Source: an uncultured Candidatus Saccharibacteria bacterium (GTDB lineage: Bacteria > Patescibacteriota > Minisyncoccia > Phycocordibacterales > Zambryskibacteraceae). From it: a stretch of 64,000 nucleotides of DNA. The stretch spans positions 133,166 through 197,165 of the forward strand of contig CAYHLZ010000001.1 of NCBI GenBank assembly GCA_964357635.1, in the 5' to 3' direction. The translations under genes were made by a program, and so were the position numbers. The notes under the pieces are model-generated. The model had not been told where the DNA came from and did no database searches. It worked only from the letters and a program-made list of their open reading frames with translations. Positions 1-9,810 of this stretch are shown in pieces. Each line of letters starts with the position of its first letter. The first letter of the stretch is position 1.

Positions 1-1105
1 TTCTATAAAGGAGCATAAACAACAGGTATACCGTCTAGTTTGGGCGACAGTAAGCCTTGCTGTTCTCCTTACGTCGTTTCTATTTGCTAATTTCTTTGGT
101 ACTTACTTTGTAGCTTATGAAATAAGTCAGCTTGGTCACGTTGCGGTACCTATTTTCGCCGCTCTTCTCGCTTATATAACCATAAGATTTGACACACTAG
201 AGTCTAGAATTTTGCTGATTGACGTGCTGACTTCAAGCCTTACTATTTTAATATTCTCCCTACTGTTTATCAGAAATGAAGATGCTCAAACCGTGGTTGT
301 CCTTATATCTTTGGCCCTATCAATACCTACGGCTTACACGCTAATGTCGGGTATTAGAAAAGAGGTTCATTCAAGGCAACGTATAGAACAACTAGCAGGA
401 GATCTCAGGCGGGCAAACGAGGGGCAGTCTAACCTGATACACATTATTAACCACCAGATTAAGGGTTACTTGGCGAAAGCGAGAAACATCTTCTCCGAGC
501 TTTTGACCGAGCCGTCCTACGGACCGATGCCAGAGACAGCCAAACCGATGCTTGATGAAGGACTCAAGTCTCTCACTGAGGGAGTGGACTTCGTCAAAGA
601 TTTTCTTGATTCTGCAAACATAGAAAAAGGTTCTTTTGCCTACAGTATTGAGCCTCTAGACTTTAAGGCAATGGTGCTAGATGCGGCGGAGAAACAAAAA
701 GGTTTGGCAAAAGAGAGAGGACTCTCCTTTGAAGTTAAGATTGCCGATGGTGACTACAAAACCAAAGGAGACAAGACCCAGCTCGGACAAGCAACCAGAA
801 ATATGATTGATAACTCTATCCGCTACACTCCTAAAGGCTCTGTTACGGTAAACTTGGCTCGCGCTGGTAACAAAATTTTGTTCTCGGTAAAAGACACTGG
901 AGTTGGTCTCTCGGAGGAACTCAAGCCGAAGCTCTTCACCCAAGGGGGCAGAGCAGAGAACTCAATTAAAATTAATATAAACTCAACCGGCTTCGGTCTC
1001 TCGTTTGTTAAGTCTGTGGCAGAAGGACACAAGGGGCGTGTCTGGGCAGAGTCTGCGGGGGTAAACCAAGGCTCCACTTTCTATATGGAGTTGCCGGTCG
1101 TTTAA
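1..1105 (+). CDS. Membrane sensor histidine kinase, 5' truncated by the window edge
   Basis: Frame is open from base 2. TM segments, H-box (INHQIKGYL), N-box (NMIDNSIRY), G1 (DTGVG) and G2 (STGFGLSF). Confidence 0.9.
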   Translation, partial: SIKEHKQQVYRLVWATVSLAVLLTSFLFANFFGTYFVAYEISQLGHVAVPIFAALLAYITIRFDTLESRILLIDVLTSSLTILIFSLLFIRNEDAQTVVVLISLALSIPTAYTLMSGIRKEVHSRQRIEQLAGDLRRANEGQSNLIHIINHQIKGYLAKARNIFSELLTEPSYGPMPETAKPMLDEGLKSLTEGVDFVKDFLDSANIEKGSFAYSIEPLDFKAMVLDAAEKQKGLAKERGLSFEVKIADGDYKTKGDKTQLGQATRNMIDNSIRYTPKGSVTVNLARAGNKILFSVKDTGVGLSEELKPKLFTQGGRAENSIKININSTGFGLSFVKSVAEGHKGRVWAESAGVNQGSTFYMELPVV

Positions 1106-1106
1106 T

Positions 1107-1559
1107 ATGGAATACAAAGGGAGAAGCAGAAACATCAGAGCAGTACTCGGGATTCTTAAAAACGAGGTGGACGGAGCCGTGGTGGCGGCCTTTGACAAGA
1201 TGGCAGAGGATTACTCCATGACCTGGATGTATGAGCGTGGTGGAAAGCTTTTTCCTAGTACCGGCAAAAAAGTCACGCAAGAGATGGAAGAAGCGTATTC
1301 TATCAAGGGCAGGAAGTATGACATTAGAAACATTGCAGAGGCGGACAACACAGTCTTTGTTGAACTTGTTGAAAGTTACCCTGACCTAGAGAGTGGTAAG
1401 AAGTATCGCACTCCGCTTGTCCTCGTACTTGAGATGGAGGACGGCAAGATAAAAACGGGTCGCCACTACTGTGACCCACAGGTCTCGTTTATGCACCTGA
1501 CAGAGAAGGAGATAGATAGGGGGCTCAAAGATGCTCCTTCAAAAATCATAATTGATTAA
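1107..1559 (+). CDS. SnoaL/NTF2-like domain protein
   Basis: 150 aa with the NTF2-like pattern 'DNTVFVELVE..TPLVLVLEMEDGKIKTGRHYCDP'. Confidence 0.75.
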   Translation: MEYKGRSRNIRAVLGILKNEVDGAVVAAFDKMAEDYSMTWMYERGGKLFPSTGKKVTQEMEEAYSIKGRKYDIRNIAEADNTVFVELVESYPDLESGKKYRTPLVLVLEMEDGKIKTGRHYCDPQVSFMHLTEKEIDRGLKDAPSKIIID

Positions 1560-1569
1560 TAACTACACA

Positions 1570-1926
1570 CCCCTTATTCTCACGAATGAGGGGTATATGA
1601 TATAGTGTGTAAGCATGAAAGAAAAAGAACTTGAAAAAATTTTTAAAGCTTTAGGCAACAGGAGAAGACTACTGATTCTCATTTTTATCAAAAAGAGAAA
1701 AAAGGCAAACGTCGGCGAAATTTCTGAAGCGATAAAACTTTCTTTCAAATCGACATCACGACACTTGAGCATTCTCGTTTCGGCCGGTATTTTAGAAAAG
1801 GACCAGTTCGGGCTATTTTCGATATACTCACTCTCCGAAGAGATGGGGGATATGCTGAAACGCATTCTCTCCTCACTCTAAACACACCTCAATTTCCCTA
1901 TAGGACATATTCGTGAGAATAAGGGG
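1570..1926. repeat. 18-bp perfect inverted repeat pair flanking the ArsR gene
   Basis: CCCCTTATTCTCACGAAT at 1570-1587 and its exact reverse complement at 1909-1926. Confidence 0.9.
1615..1881 (+). CDS. ArsR/SmtB family winged-HTH regulator
   Basis: FKALGNRRRLLIL...VGEISEAIKLSFKSTSRHLSIL..AGIL. Confidence 0.9.
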   Translation: MKEKELEKIFKALGNRRRLLILIFIKKRKKANVGEISEAIKLSFKSTSRHLSILVSAGILEKDQFGLFSIYSLSEEMGDMLKRILSSL

Positions 1927-1998
1927 GATAGAGGTGTATTAGAAAGAATAAAGAGTATGGGGGTGACATGTAAACTCTATAATTGTATATTACTACCA

Positions 1999-2466
1999 AT
2001 GAAACCATATCTTACGCCCAACGAACCGCTTGCCTTTGTGATTCAATGGGGCCTACTTATAGTTTCAATACTTTTGGTTTTTTCTCCGTTTATATACTTA
2101 GGTATTAGAAAGTGGAAGAAACAACTTACTGTCGGTTGGTGGCAGGTAATGGGTGCATATATCGCGTCAGTTGTGATATTCGTGTTCTATATGTATTTTG
2201 CTAGTAGTAAGTTGGGGGATTGGCTAGTAGCCAAGTACCCATGGTTAGATTATCCATTTGTAGAAGCACTTTCCCACTTATTATTGGTATTCCCGTTAGT
2301 TTTAGTACTATCGGTATTTTATTCAACACTACTAATTAGATCAAAATTCACAATATTAAATATAATAGTATCAATATTAATAGCCGCTATTATAACTTGG
2401 ATATTTATTTTGTTGCTACCATATGCGGTAGGGTTGATGCTGGGGTATATTAGAAGTCATATTTAA
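1999..2466 (+). CDS. Hypothetical multi-pass membrane protein (AT-rich)
   Basis: About 4 hydrophobic segments. ATG 1999 follows a TATATT -10-like box. Confidence 0.65.
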   Translation: MKPYLTPNEPLAFVIQWGLLIVSILLVFSPFIYLGIRKWKKQLTVGWWQVMGAYIASVVIFVFYMYFASSKLGDWLVAKYPWLDYPFVEALSHLLLVFPLVLVLSVFYSTLLIRSKFTILNIIVSILIAAIITWIFILLLPYAVGLMLGYIRSHI

Positions 2467-2472
2467 TTAAAT

Positions 2473-4338
2473 ATGCAAAAAATAACTATTGCAATAGTAA
2501 CAGGACTAGTATTTATACTGCCATTTAATTCTAATGCCCAAACACTTCCTGATCCTATAATCATAGTTCCTGGAATAATGGGTTCGTGGAATTCGGAGGT
2601 TATTTTAAGTAGTAATACTGGTGTGGGTACATGGTCGTTTTTTCCACTAGACCACACTTGGGACAACATAATAAGCGCCTTGGAAGATGCTGGATATGAG
2701 AGGGATTTGAATTTATTTGTTGCATTCTATGATTGGAGACAAAGTAATATTAACTCTGCTACTGACTATCTGATTCCTACAATAGACCAAGCTCTTTTAA
2801 ACTCTCCAACAGGAAAAATAAACATCATTGCTCACAGCATGGGAGGTTTAGTGGCTCGTAGATACATCCAAAGCCATAATTACAGAGGAGATGTTAATGA
2901 ACTAATAATGCTTGGTACGCCAAATTACGGCTCTTCCGATGTATATACTCTTTGGGAGGGGGGTTTTGTACCAAAGAATTGGGATTTTGGTACTCGAATC
3001 TTTGCAAATAACGTAATAGATATTCTAAATATCAAGGATATTACAACAGATGACGAGTATGATACTGTCCATAAATATATTCCTTCAATAGGAGAACTTT
3101 TACCAGTTTATGATTTTTTGGTGGATTCGGAAAATGAGAATAATTTAAAAACATATGATGGTTTAATAGAGGCACAAAACCCATTTTTAGCAAATCTGAA
3201 TTTTAGTGGTACGGGGGTCGAACTCCAAGGTCTTAGTGGTATTACTGTGGTAGCTGGTAGAGGGGAAGGAACTGTTGGGAATATTCCGGTAGTTGGTCGA
3301 CCAGTGCCAGAAACCAAACTTTGGGCAGATGGCAGACCTGAACCACTTTCGCCAGCGCAAGATAATATGGAAGGTGACAACAGAATACTTCTTTCTAGTG
3401 CCCATATAGACGAAATCGTTTTTCCCATATCGCCAGCGCGAGGTTTCTGGGATAAGCTTTTTGCCCTCTTTTCTCCGAAAGTCCACGCACAACTTCCAGA
3501 AGAAGAATTCTTAAAACACATAGAAATAGATTCCAAACACGGCGATTTGCCGACCACCGCAATTGATTATGTTTTTGATGCCCTAGGAATTATTAGACCG
3601 ATAGGAGACTTTGTGCCTCCGCCAGAGCCGGATAACATCACTTCTTTCTGGCTTGCCTCTCCTGTAGAGGTCAAAATTACTGACCCGCAAGGAAGAGTTA
3701 TAACAAGAGATTCAAACAATGTCCCAGATGCAGTCTATACAGGCGAGAGTGATCCAAATGGAGTAAAAATTATAATAATTCCAAACGGACCCTCGGGGGA
3801 TTATGAAATTGAACTTACAGGTATGGCAGATGGCGAGTATCATATGGGGGTATCTAATCTCTCCGACGTTGTTGATGAAACGGTAATAACACAAAAAAAC
3901 GTCGTAGAAGGAGAGATTGTTGAATACACCGCTAATATTAATCATGAAGCACTATCATCTTCTATTAATTTAAGTGAACCAACAGTAACTGAACCTGAAA
4001 CTGATTCTCCAGTCGATTTAACCAAGGCCCTAATCTCAAGGTTGAAAGATTATTATGAAAATGGCGCGATTAGTAGCAAGGGAGTTTACCAGTCTCTTTT
4101 TAATCACCTTAAAATTGCCCTTGCTGCCCTTGAGGAAGTGGAGATTAAAAGACCGATTGGAGAAAAACATCAAAAACTTCACGAACTTAAGGTCGCATTG
4201 GCAAAAAGACTTGCTCAAAAAACGCTAAAATCTTTCATATCGGAGGTAAAGAAACAAAATAGCAAAGATCGCATTACTAATGAAGCGACACAGAATCTTA
4301 TTAGTAGTGCGGAGGCAATTATCATAAAGGTCGACTAA
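2473..4338 (+). CDS. Secreted alpha/beta hydrolase (PGAP1/LCAT-like lipase or acyltransferase) with C-terminal accessory domains
   Basis: Signal peptide, IIIVPGIMGS, YDWR, nucleophile elbow AHSMGG, GTPNYGS. Confidence 0.8.
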   Translation: MQKITIAIVTGLVFILPFNSNAQTLPDPIIIVPGIMGSWNSEVILSSNTGVGTWSFFPLDHTWDNIISALEDAGYERDLNLFVAFYDWRQSNINSATDYLIPTIDQALLNSPTGKINIIAHSMGGLVARRYIQSHNYRGDVNELIMLGTPNYGSSDVYTLWEGGFVPKNWDFGTRIFANNVIDILNIKDITTDDEYDTVHKYIPSIGELLPVYDFLVDSENENNLKTYDGLIEAQNPFLANLNFSGTGVELQGLSGITVVAGRGEGTVGNIPVVGRPVPETKLWADGRPEPLSPAQDNMEGDNRILLSSAHIDEIVFPISPARGFWDKLFALFSPKVHAQLPEEEFLKHIEIDSKHGDLPTTAIDYVFDALGIIRPIGDFVPPPEPDNITSFWLASPVEVKITDPQGRVITRDSNNVPDAVYTGESDPNGVKIIIIPNGPSGDYEIELTGMADGEYHMGVSNLSDVVDETVITQKNVVEGEIVEYTANINHEALSSSINLSEPTVTEPETDSPVDLTKALISRLKDYYENGAISSKGVYQSLFNHLKIALAALEEVEIKRPIGEKHQKLHELKVALAKRLAQKTLKSFISEVKKQNSKDRITNEATQNLISSAEAIIIKVD

Positions 4339-4368
4339 GGTTCGAATAAACTGGTATTATTAAGAGAT

Positions 4369-5373
4369 ATGGCAGAGAAGAAAGTCTTGGTCTCGGGAGT
4401 TAAGCCGACAGGCAGGCCGCATATCGGCAACTACTTTGGCGCGATGAAACAGTTTGTTGAATTGGGAAATCTATATGAAAGTCACGTTTTCATCGCTGAC
4501 CTGCACGCCATAACCAGTCTCCAGAACGGTAAGGAGTTGAGTCAAAACAGCTTTGAGGTGCTCCTAGACTACCTTGCCATCGGTCTTGATCCGAAAAAGA
4601 TTGCTATCTACAAACAGTCCGATGTGCCACAAGTGACAGAGCTCACATGGATTTTCAACTGCCTCATCACCATGCCGTATCTTGCGCGTGCCCACGCATT
4701 TAAGGCTGCATTAGGCGATTTAACTGACGCAACTCCATCACAGAGACTTCTTGTCAAAAAACTTGAACAATTACCCGAAATTAACGTTGGAGTATTTGAA
4801 TATCCACTACTCATGGCAGCAGACATCTTGATACAAGGTGCTGATGTGGTACCAGTTGGAGCAGACCAGAAACAACACGTGGAGATTGCTCGAGATGTGG
4901 CTTTGAAATTTAACAATACTTTTGGAGAGACATTTAAACTTCCGGAAGCTTTAATAGTAGATAACGTAGCAACTGTCCCTGGGACTGACAGCAGGAAGAT
5001 GAGCAAGAGTTATGGCAACACTATAGAACTTTTCGCCACAGACGAGGAGATAGAAAGAGCGGTGATGGGCATAGTGACGGACTCGGCAGGTGAGACACCT
5101 GAAAATGTATTTAAAATTCACCAACTCTTAAGGTCAAAAGAAGAGTTAGATAAACTCTATGACGCAAATAAGGGTAAATACAAAGTACTTAAAGAAGCTC
5201 TGGCCGAAGATTTGAAAAAGTTTATTAAACCCATGCGAGAGAAAAGAATGGCTCTTTCTAAAGACAGGAAGCAAGCACTAAGTATTCTTGAATCCGGTGG
5301 CAGACAAGCACGACTACGAGCAGAGAAGAAGATGGAGGAGGTGAGAAAGAAAGTTGGGCTAACACTATCATGA
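4369..5373 (+). CDS. trpS: Tryptophanyl-tRNA synthetase
   Basis: SGVKPTGRPHIGNY, YPLLMAADIL, VPVGADQKQH, KMSKS. Confidence 0.97.
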   Translation: MAEKKVLVSGVKPTGRPHIGNYFGAMKQFVELGNLYESHVFIADLHAITSLQNGKELSQNSFEVLLDYLAIGLDPKKIAIYKQSDVPQVTELTWIFNCLITMPYLARAHAFKAALGDLTDATPSQRLLVKKLEQLPEINVGVFEYPLLMAADILIQGADVVPVGADQKQHVEIARDVALKFNNTFGETFKLPEALIVDNVATVPGTDSRKMSKSYGNTIELFATDEEIERAVMGIVTDSAGETPENVFKIHQLLRSKEELDKLYDANKGKYKVLKEALAEDLKKFIKPMREKRMALSKDRKQALSILESGGRQARLRAEKKMEEVRKKVGLTLS

Positions 5374-6611
5374 TACAAGGATTCGTACATGCTCTACGGG
5401 CGCAGTCTAAAATAGTTTTTGTTATTGTCAGAAATCTCTCTGGACTAACACAGGTAGTGGTTACGGCAGATAACCCAGAGTTTGAGACGGCAAAAAACCT
5501 TTCTCTTGAGTCAGTTATCAGGGCAACAGGAGAAATGAAGAAGGAGAAGAATGCACCAGGTGGCATTGAGATACATCCTACAAAGATTGAAGTTTTATCA
5601 AAATCAGAACCAGAACTTCCTATACCTGTTGTTACCCTAAAAGGTGGGGAAGAGACAGATGCTCCACTTCGATTTGATTACCGATGGATTGACCTTAGAA
5701 AGCCAGAGAAGGCAAAGATTTTCAAAGTTTGGACGGAGTTTGAAAAAGGTTGGAGAAAGTATTGGAGCGACAACAACTTTATCCAGCTTTACCCACCAGC
5801 GTTTATGTCTACACCATCGGAGTCAGGTTCAGAAGTTTTTGAAGTAAATTACTTTGACCGCAAGGCTTACTTGGCTCAGTCCCCGCAGTTTTACAAACAA
5901 ATGGCGATGGCTGGAGGGTTGGAGAAAGTTTTTATGGTTTCCCCGGTGTTCCGAGCAGAACCTTCCTTTACCACCCGTCACCTTACCGAATTTACTGGCT
6001 GGGACTTTGAAATCTCTTATATTGAAAACTATCATTCTGTTATGGATGCGGAAGAGGGGATGATTGTATCTGGCTTTAAACAACTTCTGGAAACCTTTCC
6101 AGACCTCGGCATAACAGTACCCACACAACCATTTCCAAGAATGACTATGGTAGAGGCCAAAAAAATCCTTGAGAAAGAAGGAGTCCCAAGCCCAGAAGAA
6201 CACGACCTTTCTCCAGAAGAAGAACGCGCTATTTCAGAATATGTAGAGAAAAAACACAAACACGATTTTGTCTTTATCACTGATTACCATAAGTCTAAAA
6301 GCGCTTTCTACCACATGCGACTAGAAGAAGGTTCGGACAGAAGTAGGCGAGCCGACCTACTCTACAGAGGTGTTGAGGTGACAACTCTGGCCCAACGCGA
6401 ACACAGACCAGAAGTCTTAGAAAAACAAGCAAAAGAAAAAGGTATGGATCTTCTACCACTCAAAGACTACATAAACTTCTTCCGCTACGGCTGTCCGCCA
6501 CACGGAGGTGGTGGAGTGGGTCCCGCACGCTTCATCATGAAGATTCTTCTACTACCAAATGTCCGCGAAGCAACCTTCGTTCCTCGTGATGTCAAAAGAC
6601 TGAACCCTTAA
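5370..6611 (+). CDS. aspS: Aspartyl-tRNA synthetase, short archaeal-type (probably non-discriminating)
   Basis: OB fold, YLAQSPQFYKQM, FRAEPSFTTRHLTEF, YGCPPHGG, PRDVKRLNP. No GAD insertion. Confidence 0.88.
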   Translation: MIQGFVHALRAQSKIVFVIVRNLSGLTQVVVTADNPEFETAKNLSLESVIRATGEMKKEKNAPGGIEIHPTKIEVLSKSEPELPIPVVTLKGGEETDAPLRFDYRWIDLRKPEKAKIFKVWTEFEKGWRKYWSDNNFIQLYPPAFMSTPSESGSEVFEVNYFDRKAYLAQSPQFYKQMAMAGGLEKVFMVSPVFRAEPSFTTRHLTEFTGWDFEISYIENYHSVMDAEEGMIVSGFKQLLETFPDLGITVPTQPFPRMTMVEAKKILEKEGVPSPEEHDLSPEEERAISEYVEKKHKHDFVFITDYHKSKSAFYHMRLEEGSDRSRRADLLYRGVEVTTLAQREHRPEVLEKQAKEKGMDLLPLKDYINFFRYGCPPHGGGGVGPARFIMKILLLPNVREATFVPRDVKRLNP

Positions 6612-6663
6612 GCACTAGATACCTGTAATTGAGTAAACTTTCGTTTTATGGTGTAATAGCACG

Positions 6664-8463
6664 ATGCAAATTAAGAATGAGAATAAGACAGAAAAAGCTG
6701 AAATCAAGAGAGGGATAAGGGCTATCTGGCGACACATTAGTCCTTTTAAGAACCAACTCACTTTTCTAGTTGCCTTAGGTCTAATTTCCGCTATGGCCAA
6801 TGGCGCAGTTCCATATGTGACTGGGCGCTTTTTCGATGCTCTTGTGGATCTATCGCAAAACGAAGGAAGTGTGGGGTTAGGAAATCTTCCTGTTTGGGTC
6901 ATCTTTCTTGCTATTTGGACCATCATACAACTCATAGCAAACAATATTGACTGGGTAATGGATAGACTACGTCGAAACGTTGATGACAAGGTTCATTTCA
7001 ACATACTAGCTGAAGGATTTGTTCATCTTCTACAACTACCTCTTAGTTATCATAAAAATGTTCACATAAACGGAGAATTACAAAAGATTTCTCATGCGGG
7101 TTGGAGGATATCGGCGATATTGAGGACAATTATTCAAATTGCCCCTCAATTTCTTAGTATAGTTATTGGTATTGTTTTGGCTGCGAGTATAAACGTAATG
7201 CTTGCCGGTGTTCTTTTGGCTGGGGTAGTTCTCTACACTCTTCTACTGGTTAGGATTTTACTACCAATAGCATCCATAGACTTTGCTGCACATAAAGTTT
7301 GGAATGAAAGTTGGGATGATTCGGCTGCTGCGATACAGCAGATAGAGAGCGTAAAACAAGCCACCGCAGAACCTTACGAATCAAAGAGAGTAAAAAATTC
7401 TTTTCTTGAGAAAACATATTTCTTGTGGCAAAAGATTGAAAAGAATTGGAGCAATGTCAGTTTTTTCCAAAGAACGATAGTGTTTTTCACTCAACTAACG
7501 GTATTTATTTTTTCAGTTAAATTAATTTCAACAGGGGTAATAAGTGTTGGAGAACTTGTGGCACTTAATGGCTATGCCCTTATGTTTTTTGGTCCATTTG
7601 TTCAGCTCGGCTATAGCTGGCAAACGATTCAGAATGGTATCACCAGTGCTACACGAGCTGAAGATATCTTTGAGACTGAGCCAGAAAAATATACTCCGAT
7701 AAACGCCGTTAAGTTAGGTAAGATAAGGGGTGAGGTAAATTTTAAAAATGTTTCATTTAAATATACCAAGGAACAACCAGAGATATTAAAAAGTATCAAT
7801 TTTACAGTCAGCCCTGGTGAAATTGTTGCCCTGGTTGGTGAGTCAGGGGTTGGTAAAAGCACAAGTATTTCCTTGATTTCTGGTTACTACTTTCCTACAA
7901 ATGGGGAAGTACTTATAGACGGATTGAATGTTAAAAATCTTAATTTACATGATTTACGAAAACAAATAGGAGTAGTGCCTCAAGAAGTAGCCTTGTTTAA
8001 TGACACAATTGAAACAAACATTCGTTATGGCTCTTTTGATGCAAATGAGGAAAATATTAAAAGGGTTGTCAAAGAGGTTCACTTAGATGAATTTATTGCT
8101 ACTCTGCCGGAAGGTTACAAAACTCTGGTGGGTGAGAGAGGTATCAAACTTTCTGTTGGGCAGAAGCAGAGAATTTCTATAGCTCGAGCAATGTTACGCA
8201 AACCAGCAATTCTTATACTAGATGAACCAACCAGTGCCCTAGATGCACAAACTGAACGGACCGTTACAGAAGCACTTGAAAGATTGATGCAAGATAGAAC
8301 AACTTTTATCATCGCTCACCGTCTCTCTACTGTCCGCAAGGCAGATAAAATTTTGGTTTTCCAGAAAGGAGAAATTGTAGAAATAGGCACGCACGACAAA
8401 CTCATTAAGAAAAAGGGTGGAGTTTATCGCCATCTCTATGAGTATCAAGTGGGCTTACACTAA
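6664..8463 (+). CDS. ABC exporter, fused TMD-NBD (MsbA-like)
   Basis: TM domain, Walker A GESGVGKS, signature LSVGQKQR, ILILDEPT, IAHRLST. Confidence 0.93.
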   Translation: MQIKNENKTEKAEIKRGIRAIWRHISPFKNQLTFLVALGLISAMANGAVPYVTGRFFDALVDLSQNEGSVGLGNLPVWVIFLAIWTIIQLIANNIDWVMDRLRRNVDDKVHFNILAEGFVHLLQLPLSYHKNVHINGELQKISHAGWRISAILRTIIQIAPQFLSIVIGIVLAASINVMLAGVLLAGVVLYTLLLVRILLPIASIDFAAHKVWNESWDDSAAAIQQIESVKQATAEPYESKRVKNSFLEKTYFLWQKIEKNWSNVSFFQRTIVFFTQLTVFIFSVKLISTGVISVGELVALNGYALMFFGPFVQLGYSWQTIQNGITSATRAEDIFETEPEKYTPINAVKLGKIRGEVNFKNVSFKYTKEQPEILKSINFTVSPGEIVALVGESGVGKSTSISLISGYYFPTNGEVLIDGLNVKNLNLHDLRKQIGVVPQEVALFNDTIETNIRYGSFDANEENIKRVVKEVHLDEFIATLPEGYKTLVGERGIKLSVGQKQRISIARAMLRKPAILILDEPTSALDAQTERTVTEALERLMQDRTTFIIAHRLSTVRKADKILVFQKGEIVEIGTHDKLIKKKGGVYRHLYEYQVGLH

Positions 8464-8510
8464 CCTCTAAAGTTCTTTCCAAAGAGCCTAGAAACGCCTA
8501 TAATAAAGGG

Positions 8511-9257
8511 GTGAAAGAAGCCTCATATACCGTAAAAACAGACGTTTTTGAAGGTCCTTTGGACCTTCTTCTTGAACTGGTGACCAAGAGAAAACTCTTT
8601 GTAAACGATGTCTCGCTCTCTGAAGTGACAGACGACTTTATCGCCTATTTGGAGAAGCATGATGAGTTTCCTATAGGAGAATCGGCAGAATTTATCGTGG
8701 TGGCTTCCACCCTGATGCTCATAAAGTCTCGCTCTCTTCTGCCGATGATAAAGCTTACGGACGAGGAGGAAGAAAGCATTCATGACCTTGAAAACCGCCT
8801 CGCCATCTATGCCAAGGTAAAGGTCTTAGCAGCAAGTCTCAAAAGTATTTTTGGCAAAAAAATTATCTTTGAGAAAACTCCTTCAAAAAACATGTTGGTA
8901 GTTTTCTCTCCAGACTCTAAAACCGATACAGCAAATCTCTTGTCTGCCCTTGATAGGGTAATAGAGTCTTTGCCGAAGAAGCAAAACCTACCTAAGCTTG
9001 TCGTTAGAAAAGTCATTAGTCTTGAAGAGATGATTACTAGACTCTCGGAGAGGATCTCTAAAGCAAGTAAAATTAATTTCAAAGACTTCCATGCTACAAA
9101 AGGTGCTCTTACGTATGAGAAAAAAGTTTCTATCATTGTCGGATTCTTGGCGATGCTTGAGCTTGTCAAACGTGGTGCTATCCGTGTGACGCAGGAAGGT
9201 AGCGGTGACATTGAGATGGAGAACGAATCTGTCCAAGCGCCCGTCTATGCCAAATAA
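8511..9257 (+). CDS. scpA: Segregation and condensation protein A
   Basis: FEGPLDLLL, IKSRSLLP, FLAMLELVK; directly upstream of scpB. Confidence 0.93.
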   Translation: MKEASYTVKTDVFEGPLDLLLELVTKRKLFVNDVSLSEVTDDFIAYLEKHDEFPIGESAEFIVVASTLMLIKSRSLLPMIKLTDEEEESIHDLENRLAIYAKVKVLAASLKSIFGKKIIFEKTPSKNMLVVFSPDSKTDTANLLSALDRVIESLPKKQNLPKLVVRKVISLEEMITRLSERISKASKINFKDFHATKGALTYEKKVSIIVGFLAMLELVKRGAIRVTQEGSGDIEMENESVQAPVYAK

Positions 9258-9258
9258 T

Positions 9259-9810
9259 ATGCTTAGTCTAGAATCAAAAATTGAATCAGTGCTTCTTTTC
9301 AAAAACGAGCCAGTTTCCATAACAGAGCTTGGTAAGTGGCTCTCCGAGAAACCCGAGACGATTAAAGAAGCCCTAACAAACTTAACAAATTCTTATAAAG
9401 ACAGGGGTTTGGTGATAGTTTCGGACAAAGAGTTTGTGAGTCTCGGCACGCATCCGGAAGCAAGTGTTCTTATAGAAAATTTACAGAAAGAAGAATTATC
9501 GCGAGAACTCGGCCGTGCCGGACTTGAAACACTCTCAATTGTTCTCTACAAAGGACCGATTTCTCGCCGTGAGATTGACCATATCCGCGGTGTTAACTCA
9601 AGCTTCATCCTCCGCGCACTACTGATACGAGGGTTAATTGAACGCACAGAAGGGACAGAAAGAAGCTATAGTTACAAAGCGACCCTTAAGCTCTTACAAT
9701 ATCTTGGTATTACTCGTATAGAAGATCTACCCGAGTACGAGAACGCCTTTAAGAAAATTGAAGAGTTTAAGAACACAACTCCACTAGAAGAAACCGAACA
9801 AAATGGATGA
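9259..9810 (+). CDS. scpB: Segregation and condensation protein B
   Basis: IESVLLF..EPVS, LETLSIVLYKGPISRREIDHIRGVNS. Confidence 0.93.
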   Translation: MLSLESKIESVLLFKNEPVSITELGKWLSEKPETIKEALTNLTNSYKDRGLVIVSDKEFVSLGTHPEASVLIENLQKEELSRELGRAGLETLSIVLYKGPISRREIDHIRGVNSSFILRALLIRGLIERTEGTERSYSYKATLKLLQYLGITRIEDLPEYENAFKKIEEFKNTTPLEETEQNG

